A stretch of 63,148 nucleotides of DNA, filler included, from Stramenopiles sp. TOSAG23-3 (Eukaryota): assembly GCA_900128585.1 (NCBI GenBank). It is 6 parts of 6 records of this genome, joined end to end, with 100 filler letters (N's around TTAATTAATTAA, not from the genome) between each part and the next. Parts side by side here need not be neighbours in the genome. Positions count along the whole stretch, not along the records: positions 1 to 12,195 come from LT642700.1; positions 12,296 to 24,487 come from LT642701.1; 4 more parts are not named here. One strand, given 5' to 3'. Position 1 is the first letter of the stretch, and each line of letters starts with the position of its first letter. Both the position numbers and the translations under genes were made by a program. The notes beneath the pieces were generated by a model that ran no database searches, was not told the origin of the DNA, and worked only from the letters and a program-made list of their open reading frames with translations. Positions 11,317 through 21,798 of the stretch are shown one piece after another.

Positions 11317-11870
11317 AAAAACAAAATAATGGGGGCTGTTATTTAGAAGAAAAAAAACAAATTATATTGTATGCTGTTATTTAGATACTTTGTATTATCT
11401 AAAGTTATACTGACTACCCTCTTGAAATTTCCAATTTCAATTGAACTTCTTTTTAAAAACAAAAAATTGGCTGATATTCAAAAAACAAATTATATATATA
11501 TAGTGTATGTTTTAATAAGTCAAAAAAGATAAGAAAAAAGAAGGTAAAAAACCCGTTTAAGAACCCAAACTCCTCCTTGTTCCAGAATAAGACTTCTGGT
11601 ATTCTTCATATTCAACTTTTAAATTAGAGGGTATGAGGAAGCTAAATTTAATTACTTTTAAATAACAGCCAATTTTCTTGTTTTAAATAAAACAAAACAC
11701 TGATTCGGATCATGCAGTGAAGTACAAACGATTATTCAAGACTAAGTGATAAAATCACAACAGTGTATAGATCAGTTCGCAGTACATTAATTTTAATTTT
11801 TACTTAAATTAACAGCAGCCGGTTACTTAAATAATAGGGCCAATATTTTGTTTTTAATAACAGCCGATTT
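11317..11870. repeat. Cluster of dispersed 3'-flank element copies between convergent genes
   Basis: Forward core copies at 11317-11346, 11372-11385 and 11455-11480; reverse copies at 11628-11684, 11769-11820 and ~11825-11870. Confidence 0.75.
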
Positions 11871-11910
11871 TAAATTTCTCTTCTCTGAACCGACCGAGGG
11901 GTTGGGGGGG

Positions 11911-12195
11911 TTACTTCTTGAAAACGATTCTTCTCAGAATAAAAGCGCCTTTTCCCAGGGCTTCAAAATAATTTTTTCTTCGGGTGTTCCAAGAGCTTCC
12001 CATGACGGCTGATAAACTCAATTCACTTGTTGAATTGCCGGCACCAAGGAGTGCAGATGCGACCCCTTGCATTTCTACAGTGTGTAAGTCAAAACCGCCA
12101 CGCCTAGGATCGACAGATTCATTGGCAACAGTACGAAAACCTGCCGCTTCGAATACAGAAGTATACTCCTCGTGTTTTCCAACGAACGACTGCTC
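11911..12195 (-). CDS. C-terminal fragment of a protein truncated by the contig end, possibly a class I SAM-dependent methyltransferase
   Basis: Not in the ORF track. Manual translation from the contig edge: EQSFVGKHEEYTSVFEAAGFRTVANESVDPRRGG...LGKGAFILRRIVFKK*; Y..xFEAAGFxxV..E resembles methyltransferase C-termini. Confidence 0.5.
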   Translation of the reverse strand, partial: EQSFVGKHEEYTSVFEAAGFRTVANESVDPRRGGFDLHTVEMQGVASALLGAGNSTSELSLSAVMGSSWNTRRKNYFEALGKGAFILRRIVFKK

Positions 12196-12295
12196 NNNNN
12201 NNNNNNNNNNNNNNNNNNNNNNNNNNNNNNNNNNNNNNNTTAATTAATTAANNNNNNNNNNNNNNNNNNNNNNNNNNNNNNNNNNNNNNNNNNNN
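12196..12295. other. Artificial contig linker N44-TTAATTAATTAA-N44
   Basis: Identical 100-nt linker occurs five times; the 12-mer puts stops in all six frames. Confidence 0.98.
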
Positions 12296-12380
12296 GCCTT
12301 TTGTACTAAATACTGAAAAATCGCCCCCTCCTGTAAAGCTCACGGAATTTTTGACCTGTAGTTGTAAAACTAAATAATGT

Positions 12381-12736
12381 GGCTGTTATTTAAGTAATTT
12401 CTTAATTAAATAACAGCCAATTTTCTTGTTTTTAAATATTTATAATCTCCTTCATATACCGCGAATACTGAACCTGCTCCTTCTGTCCATTAAAAACTAA
12501 AAAAAGCATTAAAAAGAAAAATGCATTTCTCTACATCACATTTCTGGTTTAAGTTCTATTAATTTTAATTCGAGGGTTGGAACTGAAACCGTAAGTTGAT
12601 ATAAAATGAGAGTCTTAAAGCACACTATTAATAATATAATTTGTTTTTTTAAATTTTAATTCATGAAGGAATGTAAACCTAGAATGTCTAAATCTAGATT
12701 TCAGTTCGCTAAATAAAACAGCCAATTTTCTTGTTT
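12381..12736. repeat. Dispersed element copies, including a head-to-head inverted pair
   Basis: GGCTGTTATTTAA (12381-12393) / TTAAATAACAGCC (12406-12418) inverted repeat; 12664-12736 is a reverse copy of the element at 1473-1589. Confidence 0.8.
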
Positions 12737-14221
12737 AATTTTAATTCTATAATATCTTACTTCTCTTAGTCCTATTAAATATTCAATTTTTTTTCTTGTT
12801 TTTTTTTAGCTAAATAAATATTTTAATATAAAATATTAATATAATATACTGTAAAAGAAGAAGAATAAAAAAATAAACTCACAAGATTTATTATAGATAT
12901 TCAATTCAATAATTTTTTACTTTTTGATAGAATTAAATAATAAATTTACACTTATTGTGTAGTATTTAGAATAGGTATAATATTTTATTGTTGCGAATTT
13001 TGTTTTTGTTTAAAAACATTACATAGTCGTCTAAAATAATAATACGAGGGTCCTCGTCTCAAAGGGCACACTAAAATCAGTTTTTTACTTCTTCTTCTAT
13101 CTGAAGAAAACAACAACACAAAGCTTGTTTGTATTCCTCGTACTATCGTAGTCGTCTAGTCTATAATACTATTCTATTTTATCAGATTCACAAAAAATAT
13201 CACGTCTTCGAGGAGTACTTCGTAATTTCCTCGTATTAGTCCCCGCAAATCAGGCCTTCTTCGAATATCATTTTCTTGCTCCCAGCGATATGAACGTTGG
13301 GGCACCGCGTCAGTGCCAGGTACGCTACTGGTATTTTATTAATACCTACCAAGAACAGATGGGGGCCAAACCTAACTTTGTAGAGGATGTTGTGTCCTGC
13401 GTGAAAAATATCTGTTGTGATTTCTTGATGCAGTAGAATATAGATAGCACCAAGAAAATAATAAAGCTGGGATGAAATAAAAAAAATAGATAGTAGAGGA
13501 CTTTTTTTGGCATCCCACATTGTTTTGACGGCTTCTCCTGTAACGCGTGTGTGGGGATGTGTGCAGCAGCTACACGACGAACAAATGCGGTAAGTTTTAA
13601 AATATTGAAACAAGGCCGGAAATCGTACTACAACTATGTTGGAGTGTACAGGTTACACTTAGGAGAAAATCCAACAGATTTATTATTGCACACTCTTCTT
13701 CTCAAGATTGATTGGAATTGAACCTCTTCTCTGTTCGCTTCGAAACGCCTGCACCAAAAAGTCCCAGTGTGTGTAATGCTATGCTCATGTGACAGTTTCA
13801 GGGTGGGGATTCTTGCAAAATGTTTTTTTTCTCGTCTTCTCTTTTTTGTTTTATTTTCACAGTTTCAAGTTTCTTTGGTATAATGCTGTGTTTATGTAAT
13901 ATTATTTTTATTTTCAAGAAATTACTACTACGTACATTATTTTTTTTCATCATAGTGATCGTCAGCTGATGCTATTAATATATTATATATACATACAAGA
14001 GGTCCACGAAAAAGAAGATGTAACCCAGCTAGCAGCAGAGAAAGGAGGCCACCACCCAACGCATACCGCAACGTATCTTCGGTGAACTGTATAAGTTACC
14101 CCCCCGCCCCAAAGTTAAACTTTGTTCAAATAGTGAAGTGTACTAATCTATATAACACTTAAGAAAGTTAAATCATTTTTAGTTAAGAAGAAAATAGCAA
14201 CAAAAGAACATCAAAACATTC

Positions 14222-17200
14222 ATGTCCTTTACACCTTCTCGTTCTGGGAGTGGCAACCCGGCACAGCGAATGATGCAAAGTCCCAGTTTGCCCATGCTTC
14301 CTGGCATGCGCCAGTTTACCCCGAAACGAAAGAGCTATGGCCGCCAGGCTTTGTTCCAATGCGGGGAAGGAGGGGTTATGTTAGAGAAAATGCGCCCTGC
14401 AAGCTCGCCGAGTCGTCAACAGCAATCTGGGGCTTCGCCGATTCCGCGGTCTCCTGCTCTGCTTCGACCATCGAGCGCGCTGGGCACTGTGTCAACCCCA
14501 CAACGTGCCTACCAGAGCATGCAGAGCAGCCCCTTAGTGACCACTGTCCGGCGGAAGGAGGCGGCCATTAACGCGCTAAAAACGCTTGAACCGCTGGCGA
14601 TAAACCAGAAGCGAGTTGCTCTCCAAAGAGAAATTCAACATTTGGAGTCGGAAGAGAACCAAATGAAACTGCAGAACACGATGGGGACGCCAGACCGCCG
14701 TCTTAGAAAATCTGCAAGTGCACTGTCAGTCAGCAAGCTGCCCAAATGGGTCGAGTTTGACCGGGAAGTGCTGCGCTGGTACGCGTACAGCAAAGACACG
14801 GTCCCAGAAAGTAGCGACGAAACATATAGAATCCGAAAGTTTGTCATCTACTATTATTTGGCCGACCAGACGATTCGCATAAACGAGCCGAAGATTCGCA
14901 ACAGCGGGCTTCCGGGTGGCGACATAGTCCAGCGCTCAAGCTTGCAAAACGAAAACGGGCGGCCTTATGCCCCTTCTGATTTTCGGAGCGGCACAGAGTT
15001 CTTAGTAAACTCGCGCGCGTACCGTGTGGTGGACTGTGACGTCAACACCTTGAAGTATTTTCAGAGCACGTTGAACATAGACTTTGGCACCCCAGAAAAT
15101 TACCCCGCCGATCCGTTCGTAGAGTCTCAGAAATTCAGCGACGCGGCCCGAATGAAGAACCCTAAGCTGTCTCGAAGAATTTCCAATGAGGCGCTTTTGG
15201 GCGGACGACCCGGGCTCTACGGCTACCCCGTCGTTAAGCCGCTGGAAAACTGGATGAAAATGGAAGGAAAAACGCTAAAATTCGTGTGTATCTGGGACAA
15301 TTCTGACGAGATGGGCGGAGAAGTGAAGAGCTACCAGCTGGTGTACTTTTTAGAAGACGATACGATTGAAATGCGAAACGAGCTAGTCCAGACTGGCGCA
15401 GTGCCTTTCCCGTTGCTGGTAAAGCGCGGAAGGCTCCCCAAAGATTTCAGGAAAAGGAACGAGCTCCCCGACAACCCAATCGGGAGAAATGAAAAAAAGT
15501 ACTATGTGGCGGAAGATTTGCTATGCGGAAAGTACATTCAGGTCTACGGTAGGGAGCTCATGATATGCTCTTGCAACAAGCAGACAGAAATGTACTACGA
15601 AAGGCGCTTCGGCATCACCCAGGTGCCGGTCATAGTAAAGAAGAAGCAGGCACGAGTGGTGGAGCACAAGGTCCAGCCGTACAATGGGTGGGGAAGCGAG
15701 GCGGACTCTTTGGCATCGTGCATAGCACTGGTGCCAACCCCCGTCAAGCGCGACATGATGCGTTTCATGGAAAACCAAGGGCAAACCTTGAGGTACGTTG
15801 CCAAATACACCAAGCCGCGAAACGCGGTCGACAAGGACCGGCGCTTTGTGTTTACGTACTATTTGGAGGACCAAACAACATCGATCTTTGAGCCACAGCG
15901 TCCAAACAGTGGTAGCATCGGCGGGAAATTTCTCGAACGAGGGGAGTACAAACGGTCCATACGGTTGAAGACCAAAGACGAGCTCGACCCCTTTGCGGAG
16001 CGAAACAACCACCCTCTAGTCAAGCTTCTTCGCGAAAAAATGGCACAGTTCATGGGTGGGGGAAACTACATGCTCTTAAACGCATTCAAACACTTCGGTG
16101 GAGGGGGCGCTGGGCAAGACAACATAACGCTGCAGGAGTTCAAGCAAGGGTGCCTTATGTGCGGAATGCCGCTATCGAAAAAACAGGCCCGAACCCTGTT
16201 CAACTTTTACGACATCGACAACAGTGGGTCCATTAGTTTTCAGGAGTTCGTAGACGGTGTGATGTCGGGCGACACAAAGCAAGGGAAGTACGGACAAGAC
16301 GCGGCAAAGTCCACGTCCAGGTGGCTTCGACCCGGTGATTTCACCATCGGGTCCGTCATTAAGATCCAATTCCCAAGGACGGGCGCCGAGACCGCTGAAT
16401 TCACTATTATCGGGGCCGACGAGGCCACTTTGACCATGATGGAAATGCGACCCGCGGAGTTTCCGAAGAGTAACGTGGAGCACATCATTCGTGAGTTAGC
16501 AACGAAGCTTCAGCAGTACAACGTGAACATTGCGCAGACGTTCAAATACTACGATAGAGACAACGAAGGAAAACTAAGCCACGACCAGTTCAAGGCCATG
16601 TTGAACAAGTGGGCAAAGGACTTTTCCTTTGTTGACGAAGACCTCACGGAACAAGACTTGGTCACGTTGATTCGTTATTATGACGAAGACGGAGACGGGC
16701 ACATCAGCTACCCCGAGTTTGTCAACGCCTTGAAAGCTGCACCGATTTTGATGAAGCAGGAGTTGGACACGGACCACCTGGAAAATGCAGAACGGCGATT
16801 GTACAATACGTTGCATGGCAAACCACGGAGTGAAATTAGGCATGCGTTCCAAGAGATGGACGAGCGAGGGGACGGCCACATCACCATCGAAGAGTTTCAC
16901 CACTTTCTGGAAAAACATGGGATTAAAGTTAACGACGACGAAACCGCCGCCCTGATGCTTCATTACGACCCAGAAGTGAAAGGTTACTTCAATTTTGCAG
17001 CGTTTTGCGATTTCATCGAAGCCCCGGACTACTTGACCGCGAAAAAGAACGTCAACCAAAAGCAGGCGGAAGAAAACCTCCAGCACTACAAGCTGCTGTT
17101 GAAAGAACGCGAAGACAAAGAAGGGGAGCACCAACGGCTGACCAAGTTGTTGAAGTCTTTTACTAGAACATTTTTGCGGAAGAAAACCGTTTTGCGGAAG

Positions 17201-17506
17201 GCGTTCCTGTCCCGCGATGTTGAAGGAAAAGGCATCGTCAGCCAGGAGCAATTTTTGCGGGCTTTGGAAAAAACCCAAGCAACCCAGGAAGCCCATTTGG
17301 GCAAAAAGTACGTAGACGAAATCCTTAGAATGTTTTTCCCCCTGGTTGATTCAGCGTTGCCGTACCAGGAATTTATGGACGTAACGTTTCGGGGAGACAT
17401 CGAGACTTTTAAAGGCCTTGCGGAGCGCCGGTGCAATTTTCACGATAGGAGTACCTGGGGAAACGTGCACCTGGACCTAGACCCTAACTTTGATTACATG
17501 CATTGA
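14222..17506 (+). CDS. EFHC1/EFHC2 (Rib72)-like axonemal microtubule inner protein: three DM10 domains plus multiple EF-hands
   Basis: DM10 motifs FDREVLRWYAY...IYYYLADQTIRINEPKIRNSG, YFLEDDTIE, RRFVFTYYLEDQTTSIFEP..PNSG..GGKFLER; YNGWGSEADSL linker; EF loops DIDNSGSISFQE, DRDNEGKLSHDQF, DEDGDGHISYPE, DERGDGHITIEE. Confidence 0.92.
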   Translation: MSFTPSRSGSGNPAQRMMQSPSLPMLPGMRQFTPKRKSYGRQALFQCGEGGVMLEKMRPASSPSRQQQSGASPIPRSPALLRPSSALGTVSTPQRAYQSMQSSPLVTTVRRKEAAINALKTLEPLAINQKRVALQREIQHLESEENQMKLQNTMGTPDRRLRKSASALSVSKLPKWVEFDREVLRWYAYSKDTVPESSDETYRIRKFVIYYYLADQTIRINEPKIRNSGLPGGDIVQRSSLQNENGRPYAPSDFRSGTEFLVNSRAYRVVDCDVNTLKYFQSTLNIDFGTPENYPADPFVESQKFSDAARMKNPKLSRRISNEALLGGRPGLYGYPVVKPLENWMKMEGKTLKFVCIWDNSDEMGGEVKSYQLVYFLEDDTIEMRNELVQTGAVPFPLLVKRGRLPKDFRKRNELPDNPIGRNEKKYYVAEDLLCGKYIQVYGRELMICSCNKQTEMYYERRFGITQVPVIVKKKQARVVEHKVQPYNGWGSEADSLASCIALVPTPVKRDMMRFMENQGQTLRYVAKYTKPRNAVDKDRRFVFTYYLEDQTTSIFEPQRPNSGSIGGKFLERGEYKRSIRLKTKDELDPFAERNNHPLVKLLREKMAQFMGGGNYMLLNAFKHFGGGGAGQDNITLQEFKQGCLMCGMPLSKKQARTLFNFYDIDNSGSISFQEFVDGVMSGDTKQGKYGQDAAKSTSRWLRPGDFTIGSVIKIQFPRTGAETAEFTIIGADEATLTMMEMRPAEFPKSNVEHIIRELATKLQQYNVNIAQTFKYYDRDNEGKLSHDQFKAMLNKWAKDFSFVDEDLTEQDLVTLIRYYDEDGDGHISYPEFVNALKAAPILMKQELDTDHLENAERRLYNTLHGKPRSEIRHAFQEMDERGDGHITIEEFHHFLEKHGIKVNDDETAALMLHYDPEVKGYFNFAAFCDFIEAPDYLTAKKNVNQKQAEENLQHYKLLLKEREDKEGEHQRLTKLLKSFTRTFLRKKTVLRKAFLSRDVEGKGIVSQEQFLRALEKTQATQEAHLGKKYVDEILRMFFPLVDSALPYQEFMDVTFRGDIETFKGLAERRCNFHDRSTWGNVHLDLDPNFDYMH

Positions 17507-17671
17507 ACGGGGCCGTCAACGTAGCCGTTAATCTAGAAGAATTACTAATTAAAATTAGAATGTACTAATATACGTACACATTTTTTCAAATGATTCAAGC
17601 GAGGTACTGGCATGGAGGAGCGGACGAGCGGACAGGCACCTTTTCACAAGGGAATGGCCATTGCCGGAATT

Positions 17672-20656
17672 TTATATCTTTCGCAGTTCCGTATTTTTTG
17701 TCCATTGTATATCTTTGTCCGTGTCTGCCCCTTCGCCCTTTTTTCCATAAAAAGCAAGGACGATCATTGCTACTCCGAATATGAAAAAGGCGCATCCCAC
17801 AGTGTACAAAATAGAGCCCAATAAATTTATCATGTAGGGGATCTGGTTCAAACTAGCCGACAATGTGTCAATTTGCATCTTTGTTGCCCCCAGCTCGGTG
17901 ACGGTGCTGAAGTAAGGCACAATAGTGGGCTTCACATTTTTCGAGTAAACCGGGGTGTCTTGAACTTTGATATAAACGCCACTGGCAATGTTGCCTTTCA
18001 TAGCTTTCCCAGTGACCGGTTCAATGTCGAGACTCAGCTTGTCTTTATCTGTCGAAGTTATAGTGGCGCCATTTGCATCGACCACTTTGGCTTTATATAG
18101 TGTTTTTGTCACCGACGCGATGTCGAACTTGTCGAACATACTCTGGGGGTCAGCAGAGCACCCATGGAAATCTTTGTTTCCGACGTATATGTCCACATCA
18201 TCCCGCTTCTTCAGATTGACCAGACACGTTGGGTTTAAAGCGTAACCGCCCTCTCGATCCGAACTGGTAGCTTCTTTAGTAAACCTGGTATATCCATCGG
18301 GAGCAAACGTGCGAGTAACCACCGAACTATCGTCACCCTTTATCTTGGACATTTTGGAGAATTTTACAGTTGTGGTTCGCTGCAGTGGTCCAGTCCAAAT
18401 TTTGAATTCCTCTGGAAACAAATCTTTCGTCTCTTTGTTTGCATCGTCGATCATTTTTTTCACATCGTCTTCACTTTTCGTAATATCTTGAATTTCGTAG
18501 TATGTTTTTTTCGCTTTGTTCGCTTTTACCAGCACGGGTGGCACAATGCCCGTCGTGAAACCTTCCACGGCAACTTCTTCTCCCCAAGTATTTTTGGTTG
18601 CATCCATAATAACACCGAACGGGTTCGTACGTTCCTTGAGCCCTTTCACTTTCGAGTTCCCGCCTACGCTCGCAACCTGTAACATCTTCTCATTCGAGGA
18701 CTTGAATGCATACGAGGAAGAGTAGTAGTCCTTTTTTTTGTAATGGCAGGGTTTTTTGTACTTATCTTCTGGCTGCATGGGGGACGTTAAATACCAGCCT
18801 CGTCGACTTGGATCATCGGGAGCACCGCAATCTTGAGGTTCTTCATTTGCATCGAGGTTACGTGACCCTTCTTCTTTCAAGACGTCAACGAAAGCAGACT
18901 TCTCCCAGCATGCATCGTCATGGGTCACACCATCAGCTTGGTATGGCAGGTTCGAGTCCCCAAGAATCCCCGATGTACGAGAGCTGGTGCCCGCATCAAT
19001 TCCAAGCGCATCTTCTAAGTTGACTATGACAGCGTCCGTCCATCCAGTAAATATACTCTGGGATTCCAAGGTAATGAACATTCCTCCTTTATCACCAGGT
19101 GCTTTGTCAGCGAGGGTATTCGCCAAAAAATTGGCGTAGCCGTACTTTTTCCAGCCTAGCTTGTTGAAGTAGCACGGTTTGAAGTTGGTGCAATCACTGC
19201 TAGCGTCCGAGCAATTCAACCAGCCAAACTTCTTCGGTACCTGAGTAGCTGATGGAGTGTCTTTACAGCCCGTGTACGCTTTACATTTGTCGAAACATTT
19301 GTCATTTGCTGCCAGTCTAGCCGCATTGCAGAATGGCTGCTTGACAGTTGCATCTATCGCATACTTTTCAGCCACGTAGTACGTGTAACTCTTCATCGTT
19401 TGAAGTTCTTTGCAAGAAATCCCCCTACCGAGAGTATTGTTGAATGCGAGCAGGGCCTGGTTATCCCCGACACCTTTAAGGGCTGTCTCAAACGGTGCAG
19501 CACATGATATGTTATTTGTAGCGGTATAACCAACGAATATAGACTCAGGAATCCCCTTACCTATCATTCCATCGTAAGCCGCAGATATAGCGGCCCATCG
19601 AATACCTGCCCAGCCCGCTGGTAGGTTTGCAAGTGTTGGCGCTGTTTCGATGGGTTTTGAACCATCCGACATGTTGGCCCCCTGCAACAACCACTTGAAA
19701 CGGTTGGTTTTGGTATCGTCCCAGCCGTTCAAATCGACTTGAGTGAGTGGGCGCGGTATTATTGCGGAGCCAGGGCTGCCGATATCGGCTTCCGATCTGA
19801 GTAGAAAACACCCCAATTCTAGCGGATATAGCATCAGTGGATATTTATTGGTTAAGGAGAAGGAAGAATTCGAGCAATTGCCACGAAATTGAGCGGGAGT
19901 CATAAAGTCATTAGCGGTCGTCCCATTTGCATACAAACCAGTGCCCATCAACGTGGTCAGGGAAACCGAACCGAACAAGTACACGAGAAATTTTTCGTCT
20001 GCACCCAATCTTGCGATCAAGTTCAACAACCCTAGATACCCTGGATTCGGGTGTGTAATCGCATTATACGTTGCATCACCCGCATTTGTCCCTTTCGTGC
20101 AAGTCGTTGGCCACGCTGTCTTTGATGCCCCAGAATAATCCCAAGACGCGCACAATTTGTCGGTGGCGCAATCCGGGCACAGTTCCTTTGTTTTCTTATC
20201 GTCTATCATTCTCCACGAGCGTGAGGTTTCAGACACTGTATCGCCACTTTTTTCGAAGGTGTAAGTCCGGCTCTCACTCTTAAACACCCACGGGCCGCGC
20301 CGCTCTACCTCTGGTATGGCCCCGGAACTCAAAACGTCAGCTTCATTGTTAAGGTGGTACAAGTAATAGTGGGTTCTCGAAGAACTTTGGCATTTCGGTT
20401 CATTGTCGTCGTCCTCAAAATCGGATTTTTTCCATTTCCGTTTGGATTTGTCGAATGGGTACTTGAACTGACCTTTGTAAGCGCTGCAGCTCTCAACACC
20501 TTTTAGCATGGAATCGAAGCTAGGAGCAGCAATTCCCTCAATACTGTCACGGGCAATAGTAAGAACAAACCACTCGCCTGCACCAACAGCAAATACAATG
20601 CCGATAGCGCCGATAAGAGCACATATTGACCCGCAGAATAGAAAGTTTTTGTTCAT
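17672..20656 (-). CDS. CD36/LIMP-II (scavenger receptor class B)-family membrane glycoprotein, enlarged ectodomain
   Basis: N- and C-terminal TM helices; CD36 motifs YYLYHLNNEADVLSSGAIPEVERRGPWVF and LDIEPVTGKAMKG; many N-x-S/T sites and cysteines. Confidence 0.8.
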   Translation of the reverse strand: MNKNFLFCGSICALIGAIGIVFAVGAGEWFVLTIARDSIEGIAAPSFDSMLKGVESCSAYKGQFKYPFDKSKRKWKKSDFEDDDNEPKCQSSSRTHYYLYHLNNEADVLSSGAIPEVERRGPWVFKSESRTYTFEKSGDTVSETSRSWRMIDDKKTKELCPDCATDKLCASWDYSGASKTAWPTTCTKGTNAGDATYNAITHPNPGYLGLLNLIARLGADEKFLVYLFGSVSLTTLMGTGLYANGTTANDFMTPAQFRGNCSNSSFSLTNKYPLMLYPLELGCFLLRSEADIGSPGSAIIPRPLTQVDLNGWDDTKTNRFKWLLQGANMSDGSKPIETAPTLANLPAGWAGIRWAAISAAYDGMIGKGIPESIFVGYTATNNISCAAPFETALKGVGDNQALLAFNNTLGRGISCKELQTMKSYTYYVAEKYAIDATVKQPFCNAARLAANDKCFDKCKAYTGCKDTPSATQVPKKFGWLNCSDASSDCTNFKPCYFNKLGWKKYGYANFLANTLADKAPGDKGGMFITLESQSIFTGWTDAVIVNLEDALGIDAGTSSRTSGILGDSNLPYQADGVTHDDACWEKSAFVDVLKEEGSRNLDANEEPQDCGAPDDPSRRGWYLTSPMQPEDKYKKPCHYKKKDYYSSSYAFKSSNEKMLQVASVGGNSKVKGLKERTNPFGVIMDATKNTWGEEVAVEGFTTGIVPPVLVKANKAKKTYYEIQDITKSEDDVKKMIDDANKETKDLFPEEFKIWTGPLQRTTTVKFSKMSKIKGDDSSVVTRTFAPDGYTRFTKEATSSDREGGYALNPTCLVNLKKRDDVDIYVGNKDFHGCSADPQSMFDKFDIASVTKTLYKAKVVDANGATITSTDKDKLSLDIEPVTGKAMKGNIASGVYIKVQDTPVYSKNVKPTIVPYFSTVTELGATKMQIDTLSASLNQIPYMINLLGSILYTVGCAFFIFGVAMIVLAFYGKKGEGADTDKDIQWTKNTELRKI

Positions 20657-21798
20657 TTTGTATGTCGTCGTTGTTTTTGTATGCTATCTGCAAATTTCAC
20701 TAATTTCAGTTTAACACATGAATGATTGTTACCTATTTTTCGAGACCTTTGCAGCACGACAGTTTGTGCAGACATTGGGAATATGATCCGGTTACGACCC
20801 CCCTTTACGCGGAACACCAACTAACAACCCTCCCCAGCAAAAAAAGAACGAAAGAAGAGAAAAAAATTGGCTCGTAGATCCTCACAAAAATTGCCGAACA
20901 ACATTACACAGCATCTAAACAAAAAAAGAAGAATACCCGAGCCGAGCAGAGCAACCGCTGGCGGCCACTGGCTGCTGTCGACCAAATTTTGATGAACTAA
21001 CACTCTGTCCATAATAGTTTAATACTGTGTTGATGTATTAAAACTGAGAAAAAAAAGATCCAATTTTTCGAGCAGTACCAGACAGCAAAGGAAACGATCC
21101 AAACTGAACTACAACAAAAATACTGCAACACTTTTGCAATGCTGTATAGTGTACGCAATATAGAAATATTATTTCTTGTAGAACAAGAAGCTCGACCGGT
21201 AAAAATTGAATCACCTCCCCCCCACCCACTCCACCAACTCCACCCGGCGGTAATTATATTTACTTGTCGACTTCGCGATTTAGAATACAGTGATACCTGT
21301 ACCTGGTATAATAAATTAATCTTGCCTTGAACTGTAAGTTACGTTTTCCTAATAATAATAAATCCTTTTGTTCTCCTCGTTTCAATTGTGTCAACTCCCT
21401 TCTTCCGCTTTTATATAATTAGCGTCTACTGTATTTGTCTTTACTATGACTTCTTGGTCTTATTTATAGTTAAATGAATTGCGGCAAGGAGACCAAGCTA
21501 TTTAATAGAGAGAGACCGCGGGGTGAAGATAGTCTGTCTACAGTAGCAACAAATTTTGTACTTATTTATCCGACTTGAAGTATGCATGAACCTTTTTTTA
21601 ATTAAAAAACTAGCAGGGAGTTAGTATTAATATTATTACTAAAAATAACATCTAATATGACGACAAAACTCATTTATAAATAGACCCAAAAAATGTTTTC
21701 TTTTATTTTCACTATACAATGTATGTTAATATTACAAGTACAATAAAGTTTTTAAACGATAGACCTCAATATAAAACCCAAAATTGACCCGGATCGTG

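Noticed and set aside
11984-12247. Plus-strand 87-aa ORF in the track
   Set aside because: Non-ATG start running into the linker; the opposite strand gives the more protein-like frame
12240-12251. TTAATTAATTAA palindrome recurring every ~12.3 kb
   Set aside because: Synthetic six-frame-stop linker flanked by N44
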